A stretch of DNA of 64,000 bases from Mustelus asterias (lineage: Eukaryota). This document shows positions 11,956-22,555 of the stretch, piece after piece. Both the position numbers and the translations under genes were made by a program. Under the pieces are notes generated by a model, which saw nothing but the letters and a program-made list of their open reading frames with translations, had not been told where the DNA came from and did not search any database. Location: the NCBI RefSeq assembly GCF_964213995.1, contig NW_027590119.1, forward strand, positions 2,418,001 through 2,482,000, written 5' to 3'. Every line of letters begins with the position of its first letter. Positions within the stretch are counted from its first letter, which is position 1.

Positions 11956-12267
11956 CCAGAGATCCGCTGATGTTCTGACTCTGGGTGAATCCTTGATGAG
12001 TGACCTGGCAGGTATAGACCGCTTTGCTGATCCATTCCTGAGCGGAGACTGTCAGCCGACTGCTGGCCGAGAAGTTCCCGTTCACTTCACAGGCGGGAGA
12101 GGTGACAATTCCTGAATCCATGGGTTGTCCATTCTTCAGCCACTTCACCGTCATTGACTTTGGCTGGAAATCGATGATTGAACAGACGATGGTTGCAAAT
12201 TTTCTGCTGGTGATTTCTTCACTGGAACTCACGGTGAGGATAACGGTTGCCGGGAGAACGGGTGAGC
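11956..12267 (-). CDS. IGHM: IgM CH2 exon
   Basis: 312 nt, phase 1/1. Encodes (C)[46 protein letters not shown]...[21 protein letters not shown]. Confidence 0.96.
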
Positions 12268-12334
12268 CTTCAACAAACAAATGTTCAGACGTTACTTGAA
12301 GATTCAATTGACACCAATTAAAATTAGTTCTTTT

Positions 12335-13098
12335 ATTTGAGCACCATAGCTGCCGATTTGAGAATTATATCCATGGTTTGGTTGAATTGGCAGGGAAATA
12401 GCGAATGGAATTCAACCGTCAAAAGTGCCATACAATGCATTTGGGGAGGGAAAACAAAGCAAGGCAATAAACTGGAATGTTCAGAGGGATTGAGGAAATG
12501 CAAAACCTTAGAGTGCATGTCCACAGGTCCTGGTAGATGGTAGGGCAGCTGGAAAAGTTGATCAAGAAAGCATATCGGATTAGTTCCTCTATTATGTGAG
12601 ATATTGAATACAAAAACAGTGATGCAATGATGGAGCTGCTTAAAACCGAGTTAGGCCACGTTTGGAGTTTGCTGTACAGTTCTGGTCACCACGTTGCAGG
12701 AATAACGTAATGACTCTGGAGAGAGATGAGGTTTACAAGAATGTTGCCAGGGACTGAAAATTCCCGCCATGAGGCGAGATTGGATAGGCAGGGTTTGTTC
12801 TCTTTAGGAAAAGAGGAGGCTGAGGCGTGACATAATTGTGGTTCACAAAATAATAAGGGACGTAGGCAGAAATAATTCATTCCCCAAGTGGAGGGCTCAA
12901 TTACCAGGGAGCATGGTCATTTAAAAGGCATCTGGGTCTGCATCTCAAGTGCTTTAAGCTGCAATGCTACGGAGCAAGGGCTGGAAAATAGGCTTACTTT
13001 GTCAGGCTAGTTTATTTGTTCTCCCTTTTGGCCAGCACAGACATGATGGGCTAAATGGCCTCATTCTGCACAGTAACATTTCTGTTGTTCTTTGGTTC
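12335..13098 (+). mobile_element. Degenerate CR1 LINE 3' fragment in the CH1-CH2 intron
   Basis: Recognisable CR1 ORF2 and 3' UTR phrases (cagttctggtcaccac, ggtttacaagaatgttgccaggg, gatgggctaaatggcctc) interrupted by stops. Confidence 0.7.
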
Positions 13099-13238
13099 TG
13101 AGCAACTTTTCAGTCAGGAGGCACTTACCTGGATTTTGCATAATTCAATTTTTCAGAGTGCTACATATCAGTTATAACTAAAGCCTTATACAGTTCAATC
13201 AGAGCGTTCCTGTCTTGCCCAAGTTCCACAACACTTAC

Positions 13239-13538
13239 ATTGCATTCCAATGCTCTTGACTGAGTCGCGGTGTCGAACCTCACACTTGATTTTGCTGCAC
13301 TCTCCCTCTGACTGGGTGATGGTTAACTGGCTGCTCAAGGTGTAAGTTCCCTTTGCGTTTCTCACTGATGGATAATTCTTAAATCCAGTGTCGATCAGCT
13401 GCCCATTTTTCTTCCAAGTCAGTTTGGAGACATCTGGAGAGTAGTCCATCGCCAAACAGCCGTAGGTGATGGAGCCAGCGGAGTTGTGTTGCTGACAGGA
13501 AGAGACGAGGCTGTAGAGAGTGGGCGGAGACGGTGTCG
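13239..13538 (-). CDS. IGHM: IgM CH1 exon
   Basis: 300 nt, phase 1/1. Encodes (A)[45 protein letters not shown]...[17 protein letters not shown]. The early Cys at the expected light-chain-bonding position is retained. Confidence 0.96.
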
Positions 13539-14044
13539 CTGGGAAAGAATAGTCGATTCAACAAGTTAGACTATTACCTGCGTTTATTAATTAATCAAAC
13601 ATATTTATACAAGTATGTTTCTATATTAGGTATAGCTCTTGGGGCTAAAGGGATCAGTGGATATGGGTAGTAGGCGGGGTCAGGATATTATTGAGCCATG
13701 ATCAAAGTGAATGGTGGAGCAGGGTCAAGGGGCCGAATGGCCTCCTCCTGCTTCTATTTTCTATGTTTCAACGTCACGATTTGACTAGAATTATGAACTT
13801 AAGTGAATATTTCCCGATTAAAACCTACGCACACCTTTGAGCTGCTGTTACTCCTATCAGTTGGGAATCGCCATTTTTGTAGAAACTCACATCACTGTCA
13901 CCACCTCTATCAGATTGGAAAGACAAAAACATTTTGATGTCATCGTAATGACATACCATTCATTGGATTAACAGAGAAGAGTAAAGACTTTCTCCATTAT
14001 TTCAGGCACTACCTATTTCTCAAACAACAGCACGTTGTGATGAC

Positions 14045-14277
14045 GTAGGTTCTTTACCCAGAGGGTGGTGAGGGATTGGAATGCCCTGCCAGCATCAGTT
14101 GTAAATGCGCCTAGTTTGGGGGCGTTTAAGAGATCCGTAGATAGGTTCATGGACGAAAAGAAATTGGTTTAGGTTGGAGGGTCACAGTTTTTTTTTTAAC
14201 TGGTCGGTGCAACATCGTGGGCCGAAGGGCCTGTTCTGCGCTGTAATGTTCTATGTTCTATGTTCTATGTTCTATGA
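14045..14277 (+). mobile_element. CR1 LINE 3' end with (GTTCTAT)n tail
   Basis: Encodes FFTQRVVRDWNALP; 3' UTR and tail resemble the copy at 62610-64000. Confidence 0.8.
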
Positions 14278-14747
14278 AGAAGTTGTCTCTTCATTCATAT
14301 CAGCCACTCACCTGATGAAAGAGCTCCAAAAGTTCGCAATTCCAAATAAGCGTGTTGGACTTTAACCTGGTGTTGTGAGACTCCTTACTGTGCCCACCCC
14401 AACCTAACGCCGGCATCTCCACATTGTAATTTTTGGATATTGCCTGTGTTCAAACTGACTGATGCCCCTTCCTCTCTCCAACTCACTGCCTCTCACTCCA
14501 CAAAACGAAGATTAGTGACTTTCCTTCAGAAATACCTTCGGAATGAATACTTACTGAATGACCAGGAAACTGGAAATGTGATTACAAATTCAAAAAATTG
14601 CAACATTGACTAATTTAAGGGTCGTACATTAATAGCAAGAGTTGACCATTCGGACCCTGAAGTCTCCTCCATAGTTCACTGAGATTACAGATGATCTGAT
14701 TGTGGTGATAGCTCTATTTTGCACCTCCTCACTCCGCCCGTCGATCA

Positions 14748-15318
14748 CCCACTCTCTGCCCATTTTCCCTGGCTCTCTGCCCTTTCCCCTGGCTCTCTGC
14801 CATTCCCTGTGGCTCCTTTCCCCTTTCACCCGGCTCTCTGCACTTCCACCTGGCTCTCGACACTTCCCTCCAGCTCTGTGCCCTCTCCCCCGGCTCTCTG
14901 CCCTTTCCCTCAGCACCCTACCCTTTCCCCCGGCTCTCTGTCCTCTGTCCCTGCTCACTATTCTCTTTCCCCTTTCCCATGGCTCTCTGTCCTTTCCCCC
15001 GGCTCTCTGCCCTTCCCCCCTGACTCTCTGTCTTTCCCCCTGACTCTCTGCCCTTTCCCCAGGGCTCTTTTGCACTTTTCGTCGGCTCTCTGTCCTTTCC
15101 CCGCCCTCCTTGCCCTTTATCCTGGCTCTCTCCTCTTTCCCTGATCTCTCTGCCATTTCCTCCATCTCGCTGCCTTTTCTCCTGTTTCTCTGCCCTTTCA
15201 CCTGGCTCCCTGCCCTTTCCATTGGCGCTCTTTCCCATTTCTCCTGGCTCTCTGCCCTTTCTCCTGGCTCTCTGCCCTTTCCCCCTGCTCTCGGCCCTTT
15301 CCCCAGACTCTGTGCCCT
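14748..15318 (-). repeat. About 21-nt polypurine tandem repeat, G-rich on the IgM sense strand
   Basis: Plus-strand unit approximately CCCCGGCTCTCTGCCCTTTCC, roughly 25 degenerate copies. Confidence 0.9.
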
Positions 15319-15519
15319 CCCCCCCCCCCCCCGCCCCCAGCTCTCCGCCCTTTACCACGCCTCCTGTTCTCCCCGGCTCTTTGCCATTGTCCTTGGCCCT
15401 GAGCCCCCAGGGATTCCCTCCAGCTCTCCACATTCCCAGGGCAGCTCCCACATTTGAAGACCAAACTGCTGCTTGAGATCTTTCTTCTCTCTCATCGCAG
15501 ACCTCCACACACAGGTTTA

Positions 15520-16643
15520 GCGAGTGTGAGTGAGAGAATGTGAGTGCGTGAGGGTGAGTGATTGAAGGAGTGAAAGTGGATGAGTGATGGTGTGTGAGTG
15601 ATGGAAGGTGGGTAAGTGAGGGTGAGTGATTGAGTGTGAGTGAGTAAGTCTGGGTGAGGGTGAGAGAACGTGAGTAAATGAGGGTGTGTGAGAGAGGGTG
15701 GGTGAGTGAAGGTGGCTGAATGTGTGAGTGAAGGTGGGTGAGTGAGTGTCGGTAAGAGAGAATGAATGAATGAGGGTGAGCGAGTGAGGATGCGTGAAGG
15801 TTACTGAAGGTGGGTGAGTGAGAGCGAGTGAATGAGGGTGAGGAGTGAATGTGACTTAGTAAGTGAGGGTGAGAGAGTGAGTGAGTCAGGGTGTGTTATT
15901 GAGGGTGGTGTGAGAGTGTGTGAGGGAGAATAAATGCGGATGGGTGGATGAGTGAGGGTGAGTGAGTGAAGGTGTTTGAGTGAGGATGAGTGATTGAGGA
16001 TCTGTGAGTTAGGGTGGGTGACCTTGAGTGATGGTGAATATGTGAGGGTGTGTGAGTGAATGTAGGTGCGTGAGTCTCAGTGAGTTTGAATGGGTCAGGT
16101 GGCGTACGTGAGAGAGAGAGGGTGATTGAGCTTGAGTGTGTGGGGGTGCGTCTGGGTGAGTGAGGGTCGGTAAGTGGGGAGAGTGAGTGAGGGTGAGTGA
16201 GAGTGATTGAGACTGGATAAGTGAGGGAGGGTAAATGCGGTGAGTGAGTGAGAGTGATTGAGACTGGATGAGTGAAGGTGCGTAACTGGGGTGAGTGAGG
16301 GTGAGTGAGAGTGAGTGAGACTGGATAAGTGAGGGTGGGTAAGTAGGGTGAGTGAGTGAGAGTGAGTGAGACTGGGTGAGTGAGGGTGGGTTAGTGGGAT
16401 GAGTGAATGAAGGTGACTATGAGTGTTGGTGAGTGACTGAGGCTCTGAGTGAGTGACTGAGGGTTAGTGAGTGAGGTTGAGTGAGTGATAGCACGTGATT
16501 GTGGGTGGCTGAGTGACAGTGAGTGAATGGGGATGAGTAAGTGAGGATGTGTGAGGGTGAGAGAGTGTGAGTGAGTGCTGGTGAGTGAATGAGGGTGTGA
16601 GTGTGAGTGAATGAGGGTGAGTGAGTGAATGCGAGTGAGTAAG
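15520..16643. repeat. Degenerate (GTGA)n/(GAGGGTGAGT)n tract
   Basis: Seen directly. Confidence 0.9.
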
Positions 16644-16662
16644 TGGGGGGGGCGGGGGGATG

Positions 16663-16972
16663 GTGGCACGGTGGCACAGTGATTAGCGCTGCTGCCTCAG
16701 AGTTGGATTCCCGACTTGGGTCACTGTCTGTGTGGAGTTTGCAAGTTCCCCCCATGTCTATTTGGGTTTCATTCGGGTGCTCCTGTTTCCTCCCACAGTC
16801 CAAAGATGTGCGGGTTCGGTGGATTAGCCGTGCTAAATTGCGCCTTAGTGTCAGGGTGACTAGTTAGGGTAAATACATGTGGTTATGGGGATCGGGATTG
16901 CTGTTGGTGCAGACTCGATGGGCTGAATGGCCTCCTTCTGCACTGTCGGATCCTATGATTCTATTCTATGAT
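16663..16972 (+). mobile_element. tRNA-derived shark SINE (HE1-like) with a LINE-type tail
   Basis: A-box head ggcacggtggcacagtgattagc, core gtctgtgtggagtttgca, tail attctattctatgat. Related copies at about 26765-27060(-), 31670-31870, 34490-34746(-), 39480-39805, 45365-45650, 49890-50172(-), 50900-51175 and 54910-55185. Confidence 0.75.
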
Positions 16973-16994
16973 GTCAAGGACAGACACTCTGACG

Positions 16995-18260
16995 TATGTG
17001 AGATGGAAAGTGTGTGAAAGGGTGTTTGGGTGTGTGTGTGTGAGAGAGAGAGAGAGAGTGAATGTGTGGGAGGGTGCCTGTGTGTGATTGACTACGTTTG
17101 CACGTGTGTAAGACAGTGGGCTGTGCGTGCAAGAGGGGAGAGTGTGTGTGCGAGAAAGGGTGTGTGAGATAATGTGTGTGTGTGAGAGAGCATGTGTTTG
17201 AAGAGTTATTCTTTGTGTGTGATAGTGTGTCTCACCTTGAAAGTGTGTGTGTGGAGGGGCGGGGAGAATGTATGAGAGAGTACTTCTGTGTGTGATTGAG
17301 TGTGTGTTTATGTGAAAAGAAGTGTGTCTATATGAGATACAGGGTGTCTGTGAAAGAGAGTGCGTGTGCTTGAGAAGGAGGGTCTGTGTGTGGGAGAGAG
17401 TGTTGTGTTCATGTGAAAGACAGTGTGTGCGAGAGGGAGTGCCTATTTGAAAGCAAAATAGTAGGTTCATGAGTGTGTGAAAGTGTGCATGGGATTGCGT
17501 GTGAGTGAGAAAGATGTGTACAATGTGTGTGGGTGATAGAAGCAATATTTTTGAGTGTGTGTGTGTGTGTGTGAGCGTGTGTGTCTGTGACAGAGAGAAA
17601 GAGTTTTTGTGTGTGAGAGAGAGGCGTTGTGTGTGGTTTATGTGGGTGAGAGTGTGTCAGACGCATGAGTGCTTTTGCACGTGTGTGAGACAGTGGTCTG
17701 TGTGTGCAAGAGGAGAGAGTGTGCGTGAGAGAAAGGATATGTGATATCGCGAATGTGTGTGTGTGTGAGAGAGAGTGTGTGTTTGAAGAGATATTCTTTA
17801 TGTGTGTGAGAGTGTCTCTGTTCTTCAAAGTGTGTGTGTGCGTGTGTGGAGGGGCGGGGAGAGTGTGAGCGAGAAAAAGTGTGAAAATTAGACAGAGTGG
17901 ATGTGTGAGTGTGTGTGAGTGAAATAACGATTGAGAGAAAACGTGTCTGTGATAGGTGGAGTGTTTCAGAGAGATACATTGTGTATACATGTGTGTTCGT
18001 GTGTGAGAGACGGAGAGAACTGTGGGCGTGTGAGAGAGAGTCTTTGTGAGAGACAGTGTTTGAGAGCAAGATTGTGCGTATGTGAGATAATGTGTAAGGG
18101 AGTAAGCGTGTGAAAGAGAGAGAAATATGTGCCTGCGTGAGAGAATGCGTGTGGAAGTGTTCGTATGAGAGAGGGAGCATGTGAATGAGTGTGAGACGAA
18201 GTGAGAGTACGGGAATGTGGGAGGGATAGTGCATGTGTGTGTGTGCGTGTGTGTGTGTGT
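16995..18260. repeat. Mixed (GT)n/(GA)n low-complexity tract with an internal duplication
   Basis: Seen directly; about 17095-17270 resembles about 17672-17862. Confidence 0.85.
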
Positions 18261-18334
18261 TTCCTGGCCCCAACACAGTGACCACGCGCACAGAAACAGA
18301 ACAGACATAAACGGTGCAACAATCGAGTGCCCAG

Positions 18335-21300
18335 CAGATAGATCTGTTCAATCTGTCAATTTCATTCAAACTGTTGGATTCTAATTGATCAATGGCCAAC
18401 TTACAACAACAGAAAATTAATAACCTATTTTAAATTAAACTGATATTCATTTCAAAACTCCTTTCGACTGTTAATTATTCCTCTGTCTCACTTCTCGAAA
18501 GCTATGTAAAAATGTAATTTCGCCGAAAATGAGCAATCAAAAATAACAGATTCAGGACAGTTCAATGTCCCTAACAGAGATGCGGTGACACAGCAAGAAG
18601 TAACCAAATCAAGAAACATTTAGATTGAAAATCATTACCTGATTAGATCTAATTTCTTAATTAAATGTACTCAACAAATTAATCAAAGCAAAGCACTTTA
18701 TCGAGTGAGCACAGCTGAGTAAAGTAATGTTTTGTTTCTGAATACATTTCCGATACAATTGAATATTCTCTAAAACGGATTGTATTTTGCACGCCTGTAC
18801 AATATTCAAGGTAGTTTGTTTTGAATTAATCAGCAGCATTATTATATTTTAAGTTATTGTTAATTACTAGTTAGTTCTCCTGTCAGCTCATTTGTACTCT
18901 GTAATAAAATGGGTTTTCAATCATTCAAAATGTGCTTCTGCCTCCAACATTGTTAAATAATTAGGTTACAATTAAATCTTAGACAATGTTAAATATAATT
19001 TCAAATTACTGAACAGAAACATTCAGACATCTGTCATTCATTTACTTAAATCTAATCACATTGTAATATTTTACTTTTTCACTTTTACTACAAGTGTCTT
19101 ATTATAACCTGCAAAAGTGTTAAAATTGCATACTGCTGAATATGTATAGACTGTAACGGCCTGGCAGTTTGAAGTCAATAATACTGCTTCCAAGATTTAG
19201 TAATTTAGAACATCCATATAACTTAATTACTGAACACATTGTTTAATTAAAGAAGATCTGAATTAAACAGTGCAAACACAAAGAGGACAATTGATTCAAA
19301 TCCTCTGTAACACTAAAACATGATGCAGAATGTAAGTCCAGACTTTTTCTTCATTATAATATTTAATATGAATTAAACATAAGGTTCAGATAGAATCAAT
19401 TCTTCTATTCTGTCATTTATTCTTCCCATAATTCTATCCTGTGTTCAGCAGTAATGGGAGACATGATGTTATTATCAAGTGCAGAGATAAGATTATTTTT
19501 ATAGTATTTATAATAGTATAATATTTTTATTTAAATTAATCTTTTTGAATTTCAAGCATTAACTTGTCCATCTCTAGCCAGTTTCTGTTGACACTTTACT
19601 ACAATTCAAACACAATTATGTGAACAATTGCATGAGTGTCAGCGAATTCCACCTGTCAGAAAACTCTGTTCGCTCTGTCAAATTTATTCAAACTGTTTGA
19701 TTCTAATTGATCTAAGGTCAAATTACAACTGCAAAAAAGTCAATAAAAAATTTAAATTAACCTGATGTTCATTTCAAAACTCCCTTCGCCTTTTAACTAT
19801 CTCTCCCTGTCTGTCTCAAATCATGAAAACTGGGCAAAAATGTATTTTTTCTGAAAATGAGCACCTCAAATATAACAGATTCAGGGTAGTGTAATCTCCC
19901 TAACAGAGATACAGTGTCTCTGTAAGAATTGTAATTCATGATTTATTTTAATATGTAAGCATCAGTTAACTTGAATAAAAGTCCAAACATCTAATTATTT
20001 TATTTTTCCGAAACCTTTTTCCTTTATCCCTGCAAGAATTTTCAAACGCAGTTTTATTTTCATTTAGCCAGAAAACGTGTAACCGCTCAGTTTCACAGAG
20101 TTGAAACAATACAGAAACAATTGAGAAACACCAAACCATTTCACAAATTTTGAGATGAGATTAGTAATTAATTATCTCGGTATCCAATTACAAATTACTT
20201 GGAAGGAATAATCTGATTGCGACTGCACAGAAAGAAAATGTAATAATCGGATACATAAATTGCCAAAAAGCAACGTCTTATTCTGCAAAACTCGTATTCC
20301 AGTGAATGCGAACTTAATCTGGGATATAACGACTAATGCAAAGTATCTTGTTGAATTGAGCGCTGCTATGGAAACAGCACGTTATCATTGAAATAGTTTC
20401 TGGAATTATCACAAAATATTTCCAGCCCAGAAACTTTTCTGGTCATTTTAATTGAACAGAACTATTAGAGGTGATTAATGAATAATGATATTAACATAAA
20501 AAAATCTTTGGTGAATATGGAGTTATATTGCCGATCAATAATTGTTTGATTTATCTTAATTTCATGATCAAATTGGTTAATGAGAAGTTTGTGATTGCAG
20601 CAATGACTTAGTGTCCAAGTGAACTTTGTAAGTCATGATTTATTTTAATATTTAAACATTAGTTAAAATTTATAAAAATGTTGTGATATCTTGATTTCAT
20701 TTTTTTCCAAAACCTGCCTGTTTTCTACTACAAGGACTTTCAAACTCAGAGATTCTTTGCATTCAACCAGAAAACGTGTAACCGCTCAGTGCCGCCGAGT
20801 TTAAACAATGCAGAAACAATGCGGAAACACCAAATCACTTCGCAAATTTTAAACTATCATAGAATCTCCTGAACATAAACACTCCAAAGCACATCACTGA
20901 GGGAATTATTCCGCTTCATGAAGAAGCAGCTCAATTATTCATTCAACATAATAAAATGTAACATTGCAAGAAAATCTCAATATCGAATCCAGCAAAACAG
21001 CTCTTCACCAAATGTATGAATTATTAAACAAAACAGAAATCTGGAATAATAGCAATAGCATTGTGAAGAGATAGAATATATCCAACACATTAATATGGAA
21101 ACTTTACCACATTTTATTCATATTGGATCATATTTCAAACATATTTAAACATTTGGATGGTAAAAGCTGCAGCAATCACTGAGATTTAACATTGCAGGTT
21201 AACCAAATAGTGAATGCAGTGGCAAACTATATTCTGAACAAACTGCGTAAACTGTGATTTAGTTTAACCTGCAATTATCAATTATGATTTTCAAAAATGC

Positions 21301-22060
21301 CAATGGAATAAAGCCTGCCTGATTTCAACATATAATCATGCGTCAAGCAGTTTCAGACGCGAAGACTGTTTGTATTCAATCACAAAGTGTGTAACAGCTG
21401 TGTCACCGAGATTAAATAATGCAGAATCGCCAAACCATTTCAAAAATTTTACTTATTCAAAGTCACCCAGACCCACAATCTCCTCAACAGAAAAAATATA
21501 TATCACTGAACCCCGCATAATGCAGAAGCAGCTCAATTCTACAAACGCTTTCAATAGAATCAAATGTAACATTGACAGCAAATCTCAAATTTAAATCCAG
21601 CCAATCCGCTCATCACCAAACTAATCAATTATTAAATTAACAGAAATATGTCAGAACCACACCGGCATTGCGAGTAAGCGGAATATGATCACTCAATTAA
21701 TACAGAATCTTTAACACATTTTTAAAATATTGGGTTAGATTTCAAATGCGTGTGCAGCAGATGGCACAACCCGCAGCCACTAGATGTCACCGAGTTTATA
21801 CACTGCAGAAACATCGAACTGTTTAACAGAAGTTAGACAGTAACTTTTAAAGTAACCCAGCCACACAATGTCCTCAGCAGATAAACACCAAAATACAACA
21901 ACCAAGGATTGAATCCCTCAGCATCGCCTTGTCAATTAACAGTATAATTTTATAACCCCCATTTTCAGCAGAATCACATGAAACATTGTTCAGATTTTTA
22001 GTACAGAATCCGCCAAACCACATTTCAGTGAACGAATGAATTAATAAAATCGATAAAAAA
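18335..22060. repeat. AT-rich J-C intron segment built from degenerate internal duplications
   Basis: 18335-18600 resembles 19657-19930; 19930-20155 resembles 20627-20855; 20920-21160 resembles 21523-21750. Confidence 0.75.
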
Positions 22061-22113
22061 TATAAAACAAAAGCTCAAGTAAAACAGTTACTAAATAATT
22101 GCATGGTTCTTAC

Positions 22114-22162
22114 CTGCAGTCACCGTCACCATGGTCCCTTGTCCCCAAGTAGTCAAAGTAGT
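22114..22162 (-). CDS. IGHJ: JH segment (49 nt; FR4 WGQGTMVTVTA) with a 1-nt insertion before the Trp codon
   Basis: ACTACTTTGACTAC-T-TGGGGACAAGGGACCATGGTGACGGTGACTGCAG followed by donor gtaaga. Confidence 0.95.
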
Positions 22163-22201
22163 CACAGTGTCACATTCGCTTGGCTGGATCATACAATAAC
22201 T
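22163..22201 (+). promoter_or_regulatory. JH 5' recombination signal sequence with 23-bp spacer
   Basis: Heptamer CACAGTG 22163-22169, spacer 22170-22192, nonamer ACAATAACT 22193-22201. Confidence 0.93.
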
Positions 22202-22527
22202 GGCTCTGCAAAAAATAGACAGAAAAGCCGCCATTATTTTAAATATTCACAAACCTGAGGAAAAGCAAAGTCAATTAATATTCATGAGATTATTATTGTA
22301 TTTGTGGATACCGTTCGCTCTACATAAATAACCCTTATGTTTTGTATTTCACCGGGTATAACATGAACATGTTATTGAAAACACCAAATGATAATTGAAT
22401 AGTTATCATAAATTTTCCATTTGATTCTCGCTGTTTGTACAGAGCTGGGCATAAATAATACAGCACTGCAAATAATTTTGGATTGCAAAACAGAGCACTG
22501 ACCCAGTCTCGGTCAATTAGTGCTGAG

Positions 22528-22555
22528 GGTTTTTGTATTGACAGTAACTGATGTG
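22528..22555 (-). promoter_or_regulatory. D 3' recombination signal sequence with 12-bp spacer
   Basis: Heptamer CACATCA 22555-22549, spacer GTTACTGTCAAT, perfect nonamer ACAAAAACC 22536-22528. Confidence 0.9.

Noticed and set aside
16663-16730. tRNA genes suggested by A/B boxes (also about 5730-5780 and other SINE heads)
   Set aside because: These are SINE heads or remnants without a complete cloverleaf.
14629-18399. Long ORFs of up to 299 aa in the J-C intron (and similar ones at 7652-8767)
   Set aside because: Stop-poor simple repeats with open frames on both strands and no domain content.
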